A DNA stretch of 64,000 nt, taken from positions 310,001-374,000 of the forward strand of contig JAANOX010000004.1 of NCBI GenBank assembly GCA_020184695.1, in the 5' to 3' direction. Below, in pieces: positions 10,701 through 20,609 of this stretch. Below the pieces are notes generated by a model. It was not told the origin of the DNA. It did no database searches and saw nothing but the letters and a program-made list of their open reading frames with translations. Within the stretch, counting starts at the first letter, position 1. Every line of letters starts with the position of its first letter. Made by a program: the position numbers and the translations under genes. This DNA comes from Histomonas meleagridis 2922-C6/04-290x (taxonomy: Eukaryota > Protista > Parabasalia).

Positions 10701-11321
10701 AAAGATTTAGTTAAAAATATACTGAAACCAAATATATTCTCAAATGAACAAAGTGAAGAATGGACTTCTTTAACAGAAGATACATATGAATTTTATTTAA
10801 ATAATTGTTTTAACATTATAAATAAAAAAGTTAACGAGTTTAATAAAAGAATTAAAAAAGATGACATTACATTAGATGAACAAAACATTTTGGTGATGAT
10901 GGAAAGGTTAATATTATTATCCGATTTAATAAAAGAAATAACTAAAAACGCATTGGACCCAAAAATCCCAGATAAAACTTTAAGAATCGTAATGAGCTCA
11001 GGTTCAACGTGGATGGAATATTGTTCTGCGTTGTTGGAGTTCCTAAAAGACGCGTATCAAGTCGACAATAGGAAAGTACATAAGTTCTTGAATAATATGA
11101 CAATGATACAAAAGAATTTGCAGAAATTATCAAATTACGTAAGAAAAGACGTGCCGCAATTACAGAAATATTTGCCGAAGCTGAGTAAGGCGCTGTCGCA
11201 GTTTAACTACGATTTGAAATGCGCATTCTCAACAGTGTTCGGTGATGAGGACGTAAAAATTGGTATATACTCTCAGGGGAACTCACAGATAAGCAATGTA
11301 CAGGATGAAGATGACGAATGA
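7776..11321 (+). CDS. FANCD2: Fanconi anemia group D2 protein homolog
   Basis: Motifs DLPTFIRFLINS (cf. human DLPVIIKFILHS) and YEKLIQSNKRETKDIGIITA (cf. [20 protein letters not shown]). The C-terminal LQKYLPKLSKAL resembles the FANCD2 C-terminus. Alignments are from memory. First ATG is at 7776. Confidence 0.75.
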   Translation: MHTINEEFETVVPKGLEWLCELGVGFTKGGDVFFTIPTYLITENLEKWVNQTPSNELDEAKESIEKYLVEKDSLYQWLKSESNSLPSLVHILIRNTTFQNEIIKLLCQFLSMTGLEGIPTEKTKHIVNQIISVFSFLPKVVDQDYFESTIFDSLSTTEECFCQLLIQNFHHFFDNSDTIINRLIDLMDQMPKYAKEALSSLECFNLTQEKKDEVRDKVRNDMLSSVSSNDLPTFIRFLINSTDSNNAASTVSAIRNQIIIVDNSIKIQIDTLSLDDTNVFLLIQLKSALQFNHDFCNEFIRVLDTCNDLCILDVWILFCLFSIPSKRIKAEQLLTKLSENGLFITKLTNSIVGYINVLETLITTLTEIIPWALNHTSNKVVEVGSTLAIILFKEIDKPEIQQDILASLIRQINIGIDSNKENASNVLIQLSKEALPKLSYHLPLLQGILYSYDSIPVYIFKNVINVIVLATFKEEGDYKNGSQLSIFYEKLIQSNKRETKDIGIITASSVINRLSSINIENIDIILQYFNSILSSLKDDILGINLFLTQIKLNNDRNNLFNEYLIKILTESLKSIKIERKNDITEWFSLSEETDYAIDCITDVINGSFYQNQKKSILLVDQVRQLQQGLNSSFVIMNSGIQLLFDCHIKLNHNIIEVMDDYIHMPLHLFAREEDKDENNLTHNQKIQCLLLAHSWICSLINYIYDYNDIFDIIIEKFNNRIEIENEILNYMNQIKTFTHPLYGQMFPRSKAYIKKISSSIDRSSMFISKFRGSFIAPRYESLYIIKNIDFQYEPIILRLLDDYIYILNPPKDPLFNVIKPDEFDLDLLQYISNDLLNHFCSTETKYSQMIIERILTIINIQIQLPIYKDKNIFSLFLSSISFQLTRKDCFLHFSQMICNSMPLNNKLLMITLLKNIIHCGPVQRNIMEIMNNEFNILCKHCYELLSSRQTILNKNGVKQILPIYFEHHQNCLNVIKDLVKNILKPNIFSNEQSEEWTSLTEDTYEFYLNNCFNIINKKVNEFNKRIKKDDITLDEQNILVMMERLILLSDLIKEITKNALDPKIPDKTLRIVMSSGSTWMEYCSALLEFLKDAYQVDNRKVHKFLNNMTMIQKNLQKLSNYVRKDVPQLQKYLPKLSKALSQFNYDLKCAFSTVFGDEDVKIGIYSQGNSQISNVQDEDDE

Positions 11322-11390
11322 ATTGTTAAATAATAATAAAATGTTATTATGTTTTGATTTATGTTGAAATAATAATATTCTTTACGAAAT

Positions 11391-11681
11391 ATTTTATGTT
11401 GCGAAAAGACATAAATTCCTTCAATGCAATTGTAGTTTCGGAATTTTATTAACAAAAAAACAATTTTTCTAGCAAATGATGAAAATGGGAATAAAATTTT
11501 ATGTTGAGAAAAGACATAAATTCCTTCAATGCAATTGTAGTTTTGGAATTTTATTAATAAAAAAACAATTTTTCTAGCAAATGATGAAAATGGGAATAAA
11601 ATTTTATGTTGAGAAAAGATATAAATTCCTTCAGTGCAATTGTAGTTTTGGAATTTTATAAACAAAAAAACAATTTTTCTA
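11391..11681. repeat. 105-bp tandem repeat, about 2.8 copies
   Basis: The unit ATTTTATGTTGAGAAAAGACATAAATTCCTTCAATGCAATTGTAG...GAAAATGGGAATAAA recurs at about 11391, 11496 and 11601. Confidence 0.9.
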
Positions 11682-11920
11682 ACTATTAATAGAATAAAAT
11701 CTTATGTTAATAATAGAAATGTGTTTAAAATGAAAAAATATAAACTGTGTATTTTTGATTTCATCTTAAAAAAGCATTTCTCAAAAATAGAATTATCGCT
11801 TCCATTCAAAACATTTGGACGATAAAAAATATATAGAAATAACCGATAATTGATTTGAATTTTATGCTTTGAATCCCTCAAACGTTTAAGCTTTTGACGG
11901 CTAAACGATAACTCATTTGT

Positions 11921-11939
11921 AGCGGTTATAACAGTTCAA
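11921..11939 (+). promoter_or_regulatory. M3-like (Myb-type) core promoter motif plus Inr-like TCA just before the AP-3 mu ATG
   Basis: AGCGGTTA at 11921-11928 and TTCA at 11935-11938. Similar RCSGTT motifs lie just upstream of ATGs at 21994, 33196, 46747, 54543/54553 and 58350, matching the trichomonad M3 consensus as I recall it. Confidence 0.5.
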
Positions 11940-13151
11940 ATGATATCAGCTGTATTCCTGGTCAACAACGAAGGAGTCATTCTAATCGAAAAGCAATATC
12001 GCGAAAAAATAAAAAGAAGTGACATAGATTCTGCCCTAATTGCAATTAAAGATCATACAAAGGTTACTCCAGGAATCATCCAAAATGATGACTTATCAAT
12101 ATTACTTCTCCCTAGAGAAGATATATGGATTGTTGGGGTATGTGAAGGAGATGAATTTGCTTTATTTGGCGTTTCTGTCCTTCAATACATTGGAAGACTT
12201 CTTCAAACCCAACTAAAGAATGGCGTTTCAGAATTTTCCATCAAAGATGAATACCACGTAGTTTACAGAATCCTTGACTATGCTGTTGATTTTGGTTATC
12301 CACTTTTCGATGAATGCAATTTAGTTAATACTTTATTGAACCGCCAAACATCAGATTATTCCAAAGGAGAAAGGCTACAGCTTGATCTCGAAAAGCCATG
12401 GCGTTCATGTGGCTTTAAACGAACACCAAATGAAATCTTACTTGATGTCATCGAAACTATCGACGTTTCTGTCTCTGAACATGGACGTATGGACTTCTGT
12501 CATATCCGTGGGAGTATTGAAGCCACAAGTAGACTTTCTGGAACGCCAACATGCAAACTTGTATTAAAGCCAACAACTCATTATGAAGACGCATCCTACC
12601 ACCGTTGTGTCGACAACACTTACACAGGCAAAACAATCACATTCATTCCACCAAATGGCCAATTTACTCTCATGAGATATCGAGTCACGGCCGCCCAAGT
12701 TAATTTACCTGTTTGGATCATACCAAAGTTCACTTGGGATCGCAGTAGTGTTTCATTTGAGATAATTCTTAAGCCCGATCCAAATCTTCCGAAATTTATT
12801 AATAATCTATCGGTAAGTTTTGATCTTCCTGACGGCGTTACAATGCCTTCCTTCGCCCCTCAGACCGGAAGAGCAACATATGACTCCGCTACGAGGGAGG
12901 CGACATGGACGATCGGAATCTTCTCCGGTAAAGACCCGATCACACTTAAGGGAAGTGCGTCAACGCCTCCTGGCTTTGAGTTGGGCGGAAGGTTCCCCAT
13001 TGTTTCTGCTAAGTTCTCTACGGTTGGTGTTGCACCATCCGGTTTTGCTGTTGAAAGATTAGATGTTGAAGGAGAAAACTATAAATCTTTCAAAGGGATG
13101 AAATATGTTACTGCATCTGGAAATTATGAGTTTAGAACTGGTTTATGCTAA
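11940..13151 (+). CDS. AP3M: Adaptor protein complex 3 medium (mu3) subunit
   Basis: N-terminal MISAVFLVNNEGVILIEKQY; mu-homology motifs PWRSCG...NEILLDVIETID and LDVEGENYKSFKGMKYVTASGNYEFRT. Confidence 0.9.
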   Translation: MISAVFLVNNEGVILIEKQYREKIKRSDIDSALIAIKDHTKVTPGIIQNDDLSILLLPREDIWIVGVCEGDEFALFGVSVLQYIGRLLQTQLKNGVSEFSIKDEYHVVYRILDYAVDFGYPLFDECNLVNTLLNRQTSDYSKGERLQLDLEKPWRSCGFKRTPNEILLDVIETIDVSVSEHGRMDFCHIRGSIEATSRLSGTPTCKLVLKPTTHYEDASYHRCVDNTYTGKTITFIPPNGQFTLMRYRVTAAQVNLPVWIIPKFTWDRSSVSFEIILKPDPNLPKFINNLSVSFDLPDGVTMPSFAPQTGRATYDSATREATWTIGIFSGKDPITLKGSASTPPGFELGGRFPIVSAKFSTVGVAPSGFAVERLDVEGENYKSFKGMKYVTASGNYEFRTGLC

Positions 13152-13222
13152 ATAAACAAAGCAAGTAAATGCTAGAAATATGTAATAGATTTTATATCTT
13201 TGTTAAAGTAAATTTCATTTAT

Positions 13223-13828
13223 TTAATATGTTTCACATTTGGATTTTTTCGTTTTCTTTTTCGTTTCCTTTTGATCCTTTTGTAATAAAATATGTGCAAT
13301 TCCTTCAAAGAGTTCTTTAATGTTCTTATATTCTCGATATGATACTTCTAACACTGGACATCCAAGTTCTTTACCAAGTGCTTGACCAACTTCAATCGGA
13401 ACTGAATCGGGAGTTCGTCGTTCACAATTGTTTGCTGCAATAATGCATGGAATCGTGACAACTCCTTTAGCTTGAAGTGCAGTTTTATATAAATCTTTTA
13501 CACTTTCAACAGAGGTTGGATCTAAAATTGAATAAACAAAAATAAATCCATTAACAATTTTCATTTCCCTATTCCTTGATTCCATAAAACCATCTTGTCC
13601 AGCTGTATCCAATATTTCAATAGTGACTGATTTCCCATCAACTTTGATAGTTTTTGTGAATTCATCTTCTATTGTCAGCATATAAAGTGGTTCATATTGT
13701 TCTATAATATATGCTTTTGTGATTTCAGTCTTATCAGAGCCACCTCCGCCAAAAACACCAATCTTATAATAATATTTTTCTTCTGATTGCGTTTCATTTC
13801 CAGGTTTCTCATCTTGTTTTTGACTCAT
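13223..13828 (-). CDS. Ras-family small GTPase with degenerate G1/G4/G5 motifs
   Basis: TIED (G2) and ILDTAGQD (G3) are present, with a polybasic tail and CaaX-like CETY. The likely start is MSQKQ at 13828; the track's extension is AT-rich flank. Confidence 0.8.
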   Translation of the reverse strand: MSQKQDEKPGNETQSEEKYYYKIGVFGGGGSDKTEITKAYIIEQYEPLYMLTIEDEFTKTIKVDGKSVTIEILDTAGQDGFMESRNREMKIVNGFIFVYSILDPTSVESVKDLYKTALQAKGVVTIPCIIAANNCERRTPDSVPIEVGQALGKELGCPVLEVSYREYKNIKELFEGIAHILLQKDQKETKKKTKKSKCETY

Positions 13829-14057
13829 TTGGAAAGATAATAATTTTGTGATATCAACATATTGAAAACTTTTCAAAGAAAATTCAAAGAAATAATAGAA
13901 TGAAGTGGGCAGAAAAACATTTAAATACTTATCTTTATTACTGCATTTAACTTCATAATATATCGAAATATTAAATTTTTTGTTGTGACAAATGATTAAA
14001 CAAAAAAAAATATATTTCAATACTTCTATTTATTAATTTATATTTTACATTTCATGT

Positions 14058-14838
14058 TCATAATAATACTGGTGGTGTCGATGCTCCATATAATTTGTTT
14101 TCAACGTCCATGTTTTGAATATTTTTATGGAAAACTTGCGTTTGTAATTCAATAAATACTTTGTACGTCACAAATGAGTCTGAGCCTGCTTGATGTTCTT
14201 TGCCAACACGTTCAACTGAATATTGATCCGCAATGCCTTGTAAACCATTCGCAATATTAGGAAAACATGACGTATAATATTTAATATCATAAAAATGTGG
14301 AAAGTAAATGTGAAGCATTTTGAAAAAACTTTGGTTGTCGCTCGGGAGTGGTGAACTTGTAAGTGCTTTAAGAAGATATCCAAAATCTGAAATACTATGA
14401 AATGTAATCCACGTGATTTCATTGTTCATAACAAGACCACTCGTAAGAACAAAACGTCCAAAATCATAAACCAATACCTTCTTCATTAAATTTGGAAAAA
14501 AATCAATACCTGATTGTTGTAATAATGTAATGGCACGTCCAAAAATGTGGATCTTTTTCAATATTAAATTTAAAGTTAAATTGCCACGTACAAACTGGAC
14601 TTGGAACTTCTCCTTTAGAATTACCTAACGTGATCCCAATTTGAATGATTTTTAAGATATCAACATTACATCGCATTGATTGATACTCAAGTTCTTCGGT
14701 AGATTTAAAACAACCTGATGGTTTAGCTACAACACCTGGAAATTCGGTATCCATCCCACTAAATGGATAATCTTGAATTAAATCACTGATAATTTTCATT
14801 TCTTCTTCTAAATTATTTGCCCATACTTCTCGAATCAT
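14058..14838 (-). pseudogene. CAF1: CAF1/POP2 (CNOT7/8-like) deadenylase copy 1, frameshifted
   Basis: MIREVWANNLEEEM...MDTEFPG...IIQIGITL. Indels near 14480-14545 split it into two ORFs; these could be assembly errors. Confidence 0.8.
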
Positions 14839-15189
14839 TTTTTTGTGTAAATAAAAGTGGAGGACGTTAAAATTCAACTCAAAGCAGTTCTTTTGTTTAC
14901 CCCGATAAATTCTTAAAAGAATACTATTAATTATCTAAGAAAAATTTTATTTGTTAATTTAAAGATAATTTTTTCAGATTTACTCAGCAAATTTATAAAA
15001 TTAGTTCATATATTTATTATCTTAAAATTATTAATTAATTATCAGCTGCCAATTTTTATTAATATGAAAGCAAATAAAAAATAAATTTAAATGTAATGTT
15101 GACATTTCGAAATGATGAATATTTAGACAATTATATTTTAGAAAATAATTTTGATTATGTAGGATAATAATTAATTTTAGATAATGAAA

Positions 15190-15261
15190 GGGTGATTGGT
15201 CTAGTGGAATGATTCTCGCTTTGGGTGCGAGAGGTCTCGGGTTCGATTCCCGAATCGCCCC
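15190..15261 (+). tRNA. trnP-UGG: tRNA-Pro (UGG)
   Basis: Acceptor stem GGGTGAT/ATCGCCC, anticodon arm CTCGC-TT-TGG-GT-GCGAG, T-loop GTTCGATTC, 72 nt. Confidence 0.95.
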
Positions 15262-15296
15262 TAAATTTTTGTCACCTTCACCCAAAGGAAGTTCAA

Positions 15297-16567
15297 ATGG
15301 ACATTCAGAAACAATGAAAGAACAAAAATCGTAAAAGATCAAAAACTTATTCCAATGTATTAAACTACACGGTGTTGCTACCAATAGCTCTAGCAGATCA
15401 AAAAGATTCTTTAAGAATCTCTTAAGAAGATTTATCATGATCACAAACATCTCAGGAATCCGAATTTAACCAATTTTGTTTTCATTTTCCATATATGGAT
15501 TTTTCCAATATTCCATTTCTCACATAGATTAAGATTGGGTCAGATTGCTTTTTGGGTGTTTTTCATGTGCACTTTACTCCAGTGTTAAAAAGCCCAATTT
15601 TTCCACTCCGGAGAACATCCAGTTTTTTATTTCTTTGTTTCAAAGCAATAATTCTTCGTTGATATCGTCTTCTCTTTCTGTATTATACAATATTTGTGCT
15701 ATCAATGAAGGAAGCCGCAAAAGAAATCCCATTTATTATCTTATTGACAATGGAATAATATCAATTCTCAAAACTCTTCCACAATCTGTTCAAATGATAC
15801 AATTCATTGAACTCTTAAGCACCATCCAAAGTCCATTTATACCCGATTTATGTTTACTCATCATTAATTATTTGAATTCTGATGATGTTGAATTTCTTTA
15901 TCACGCAATGATTGCTGTTTATAACATCTTCAAAACATGCGTCACGAATGTGAAAGAAATCAAAGAAATATTTTGGCCAATTTTTACGAATAATATTATA
16001 CGTTATTTTTACGTTAAAAAAAACAGATTTTATATTAAATTCTTTCGAGCATTAAATTGTTTTGATGGACTTCCTTATGAATATGGATCAACAATTCTTG
16101 AAATCATTTTTGCTTCTAAACCAAAACGTAACACTAAAAGAGATAAATTGGTTGGCGTCGCAATGTCATTATTTTTATTTAATAATGAAAATTGGGCACC
16201 ATTTTTATCCGAAAAATTTGTTTTTACTTTCTTTGCTCCGAATGAAAAGAAATCGATATACGAAAAATCGTCGTTTAAAGTACAAAATTTTATCATTGAG
16301 GGTTTGGTTCATTATTTTAAGTTTGAGGATGGTAAAGATGTGTGTTATGGTATAGTCGGCGTGCTAATAGATGCTTTAGAACGTGATGGATTAGAATTAC
16401 TTTGTTTAAGTAAATTGATTTCGATTTTGGTAATGAATGAGAAAAACACAATTTTGCTGAATTTGTTCACAGAAAAAATTCAAATTTTTAATGATTTATG
16501 TTTAAGTGAAAATGATAAAATACAAGAAATGGCTTTAAAAATAATAGAATGGATTGAACAAAGTTAA
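15297..16567 (+). CDS. ARM/HEAT-like helical repeat protein; the first ~250 nt are frameshifted in this copy
   Basis: ATG at 15297 (MDIR...) by comparison with the copy at 20144. The frame is open from 15545 to 16567. Confidence 0.6.
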
Positions 16568-17192
16568 AATTATTAAAATATATTATTGCATTTGTTTTAT
16601 TTTTAAATTTTTTGGAATTTTAAATTATGAAAATTGTAAAATTTCTTCGATGATATAGCTAAAAAATGTTTAGATTATTTTTGAAACAAAATGTGAAGTT
16701 TGTTCTTTTATTTAATCAGAAAACTTTAATATTAAATTATTTTTATGTGATATTAATACAAATTATTGAAAATGACTTATTTAAGCTATAACTTCATTTC
16801 TTTTTAATTAATTCAATTATTTTTTGATGATTATACAAAGATGCATAAGTGATGTATTAGATGTTTAACTATTTTGGGGCCTGGCTAAGCACCCCTACGG
16901 TTTTAATGGGACCAACTCTATTTATATGTTGCTAGATTGCGTGAAAAATTATTATTTTATGTTACATTTTCGGGAATTTTAGATGATTGAACAATTTTTA
17001 GAAGATATTGATGTAAATTTCTTTTTGAGATTGATTATTTTTAAAATCAGTTCGAAAAAAATTTGACTAAAGAAAAAAAACAAAATAATACATTGGAATA
17101 AGTTTTTGATCTTTTTACGATTTTTGTTCTTTCATTGTTTCGAATGTCCATTTAAACTTCCTTTGGGTGAAGGTGAAAAAAACAAAAATTTA

Positions 17193-17264
17193 GGGGCGAT
17201 TCGGGAATCGAACCCGAGACCTCTCGCACCCAAAGCGAGAATCATTCCACTAGACCAATCACCC
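17193..17264 (-). tRNA. trnP-UGG: tRNA-Pro (UGG), copy within a ~195-bp duplicated unit (17086-17280)
   Basis: Exact reverse complement of 15190-15261. Confidence 0.95.
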
Positions 17265-17376
17265 TTTCGTTATTTGAAAAAATACATTATTTTTTATTAT
17301 AATAATTTTTATCATCTGTTTTTTTGGTTATTTTTCATATTATTATTTAACATTTGTCTATCAATCTTTTGAAAAT

Positions 17377-19508
17377 ATGGAATTAAAACATGTTGCCAAG
17401 AATCAATGTATAGAGAATAAACAAATAAATGATGATATTATAAATTTGATCAAACTAAAAAAAATTATTTTCGATTTAACAAATGAAAATTTTGATACAT
17501 CAGTTAGACAAACATTAAAACTATTGGATTTAAATTTTCCAAATTCTATTAATTTTATCATTGCTAATTTAATTTATTATGCGTTTTATTCACAAAAGAA
17601 AGATGTTTATCTTTATTTAAATTATTTAAAAACAATTCAAATCAAAGAAGAAGAAATAAATAGTAATAATAAAATTACGTTAAAGATAGTTGAAATTTTT
17701 ATTAATAAATTACAAATTGGATCACAGGAGTCATATTATTTTATTGACAAAATGATTAAATTAAAACTGATAAGCGAAGATATTGTTAATAGTATTCAAT
17801 CTAATTATTTTATACATTATCAAACAAAAGAAAATAAAAAGATTAAATATAATGCATTTGAAAATAACATTGAAAAAAAATTCAGAGAAAATTATTTAGA
17901 ATTATCAAAGAATAATTGGGAACTTCATAAAAAATTAATTGAAGAAGGAGTAAATCCAAATAAAATTGCAAAAATAATTCGAAATGATGAAATAGAAAAA
18001 CTTCAAGAAATATCATCACAAACAAACTTTGATTATAACCAAACAATTGAACCATCATTTTATGAAAGATGTTCATTCATTAATAAAGAAAATGTTTCAT
18101 TAATTGATTATGCAGCATTTTTTGGATCAGTTAAATGTTTTAAATATTTACTTACGAATGGTGCAAATGTAAAAAACACAGGCAAATATGCTGTTGCAAG
18201 TGGAAATCTTGAAATTATTCATTTATGCGAACAAAATCATTCATCATTTGTAGATGCATATGAAACAGCAATTGAATTTCATCGAAATGATATTTTTTAT
18301 TATCTTTATGAAAATAAATATCAAAATATATATAAACATAGTCAAAAGTCACCTCCAAGATCAGAAGATATTAATCCACTTTTCTTTATAGATTGTGGCA
18401 CTGAAACATTAACAGAATCTGAAAAAAGGCAAAAGAGCATTACTAATTTTGTATACTTTTGTATTATGAGTGGGAATTTTGAAATTTTATTATTTTTAGA
18501 GAAAGAAGGAATGAATATCTTATTAATATAGCAGCAAAAATTGGTAATTTATATCTTGTCAAATATTTTCTTCAAAATTATCAAATTTCAAATAAAGTTT
18601 TGGTTTTTTCATCTGAATCAGGAAATATCGAACTTGTGAAATATATTCTTGAGCAAGAAGGAACAAATATTAATGAAAAAGATATTTGTTTTTAAGAAAT
18701 TATGTCTATATTAATAATTTATTATATTAAAATAATATTTGGAAAATGCTAAAAATATTTAAAACAGCACTTATAAAGGCATCAGAAAATGGATATATAG
18801 AAATAGTGGAATTACTTCTTAAACAAAAGGGAATTGATATTAATGCTCATGATATTAATATTTTATAATAATATTCAAAAATTATTCAATTAATTTAATA
18901 CCGCACTTAAGTCAGCAGTTGAAAATGGTCACATAGAAATAGTTAAATTACTTCTTGGGCAAAATGAAATTGATGTTAATACAAAAAATATGTATTTATC
19001 TTATTCAAAATATATTTTATTAATTTTATATTTCAAAATGATATTTGGAAACTATTTAAAATATTTAATACTTTACTCATTGAAGCAGCTAAAAAAGGGA
19101 ACATAGAAATATCAAAATTACTTCTTACACAAGGAAAAATTGATATAAATGCCAAAAATATTTAATTGTTTTATTTCAAATCTATTTGAATAATTTCTTG
19201 TTTCAAAGAAATAAATGGGAAATATTTGAATTGTTTTGGACAGCACTTATGTATGCAAGTGAAAAAGGTCATACAGAATTAGTTAAATTTCTTCTTGAAC
19301 AAGAAGGAATCAATATTAATGCTAAAAATTTATATATTTTATATTTAATATTTGTCTTGATAATTTGATATTTTAAAATATTATATGGAAATAATTTAAA
19401 ATATTTGAAACAGCACTCATAATTGCATTTAAGAATGCTCAGGCACAAATAATTAAATTAATTCATGACTTCATCCAAAAGTCAAAAGATATAGATGATA
19501 TCATCTAA
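17377..19508 (+). CDS. DUF3447/ankyrin-repeat gene B; frameshift near 18520 and five spacers in the C-terminal repeats
   Basis: ORF 17377-18531 is a DUF3447 paralog. Ankyrin blocks start at 18764, 18900, 19070 and 19240, and the terminal block 19410-19508 reads TALIIAFKNAQAQIIKL...DDII*. Confidence 0.75.
18684..19409 (+). other. Spacers in gene B: 18684-18763, 18854-18899 (46 nt), 18990-19069, 19160-19239, 19330-19409
   Basis: Four spacers are exactly 80 nt and one is 46 nt. They sit at the same position after the K-D/N codons and carry the same motifs as in gene A. Confidence 0.9.
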
Positions 19509-19553
19509 AAATATTTTTTCGAATGTATTTTTTTTTTAAATGATTTGTCTAGA

Positions 19554-20144
19554 CTATTCTCCCACGTAACAAACTTTAAAATACCAAAAAACGTTTTTTG
19601 TTTGTGGACTTTGGATGGTGCTTAAGAGTTCAATGAATTGTATCATTTGAACAGATTGTGGAAGAGTTTTGAGAATTGATATTATTCCATTGTCAATAAG
19701 ATAATAAATGGGATTTCTTTTGCGGCTTCCTTCATTGATAGCACAAATATTGTATAATACAGAAAGAGAAGACGATATCAACGAAGAATTATTGCTTTGA
19801 AACAAAGAAATAAAAAACTGGATGTTCTCCGGAGTGGAAAAATTGGGCTTTTTAACACTGGAGTAAAGTGCACATGAAAAACACCCAAAAGCAATTTGAC
19901 CCAATTCTGAATTTATGTGAGAAATGGAATATTGGAAAAAATCCATATATGGAAAATGAAAACAAAATTGGTTAAATTCGGATTCCTGAGATGTTTGTAA
20001 ATAATGATAAATTCTCTTAAGAGATTCTAAAGAATCTTTTTGATCTGCTAGAGCTATTGGTAGCAACACTGTGTAGTTTAATACATTGGAATAAGTTTTT
20101 GATCTTTTTACGATTTTTGTTCTTTCATTGTTTCGAATGTCCAT
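19554..20144 (-). pseudogene. 3'-truncated copy of the ARM/HEAT-like gene
   Basis: Clean frame from [10 protein letters not shown] to ...LSTIQSP, then diverges at the duplication boundary (19605) into a short unrelated tail. Confidence 0.75.
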
Positions 20145-20185
20145 TTGAACTTCCTTTGGGTGAAGGTGAAAAAAACAAAAATTTA

Positions 20186-20257
20186 GGGGCGATTCGGGAA
20201 TCGAACCCGAGACCTCTCGCACCCAAAGCGAGAATCATTCCACTAGACCAATCACCC
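20186..20257 (-). tRNA. trnP-UGG: tRNA-Pro (UGG)
   Basis: Identical to the other two copies and followed by a T-rich Pol III terminator. Confidence 0.95.
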
Positions 20258-20609
20258 TTTCATTATCTAAAATTAATTATTATCCTACATAATCAAAATT
20301 ATTTTCTAAAATATAATTGTCTAAATATTCATCATTTCGAAAATGTCAACATTACATTTAAATTTATTTTTTATTTGCTTTCATATTAATAAAAATTGAC
20401 AGCTGATAATTAATTAATAATTTTAAGATAATAAATATATGAACTAATTTTATAAATTTGCTGAGTAAATCTGAAAAAATTATCTTTAAATTAACAAATA
20501 AAATTTTTCTTAGATAATTAATAGTATTCTTTTAAGAATTTATCGGGGTAAACAAAAGAACTGCTTTGAGTTGAATTTTAACGTCCTCCACTTTTATTTA
20601 CACAAAAAA

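Larger units (their letters stand above)
13906..15835. repeat. Inverted duplication 1, left arm (CAF1 + tRNA-Pro + 5' half of ARM gene)
   Basis: Reverse complement of about 19605-21548, differing mainly by small indels. Confidence 0.9.

Noticed and set aside
11391-11681. CRISPR-like array
   Set aside because: Whole units repeat without unique spacers, the context is eukaryotic, and there are no cas genes. The same applies to 32755-33025.
15031-20389. ORFs containing '[26 protein letters not shown]' (15031-15450, 17106-17372, 20057-20389)
   Set aside because: These are antisense translations of tRNA-Pro, not proteins.
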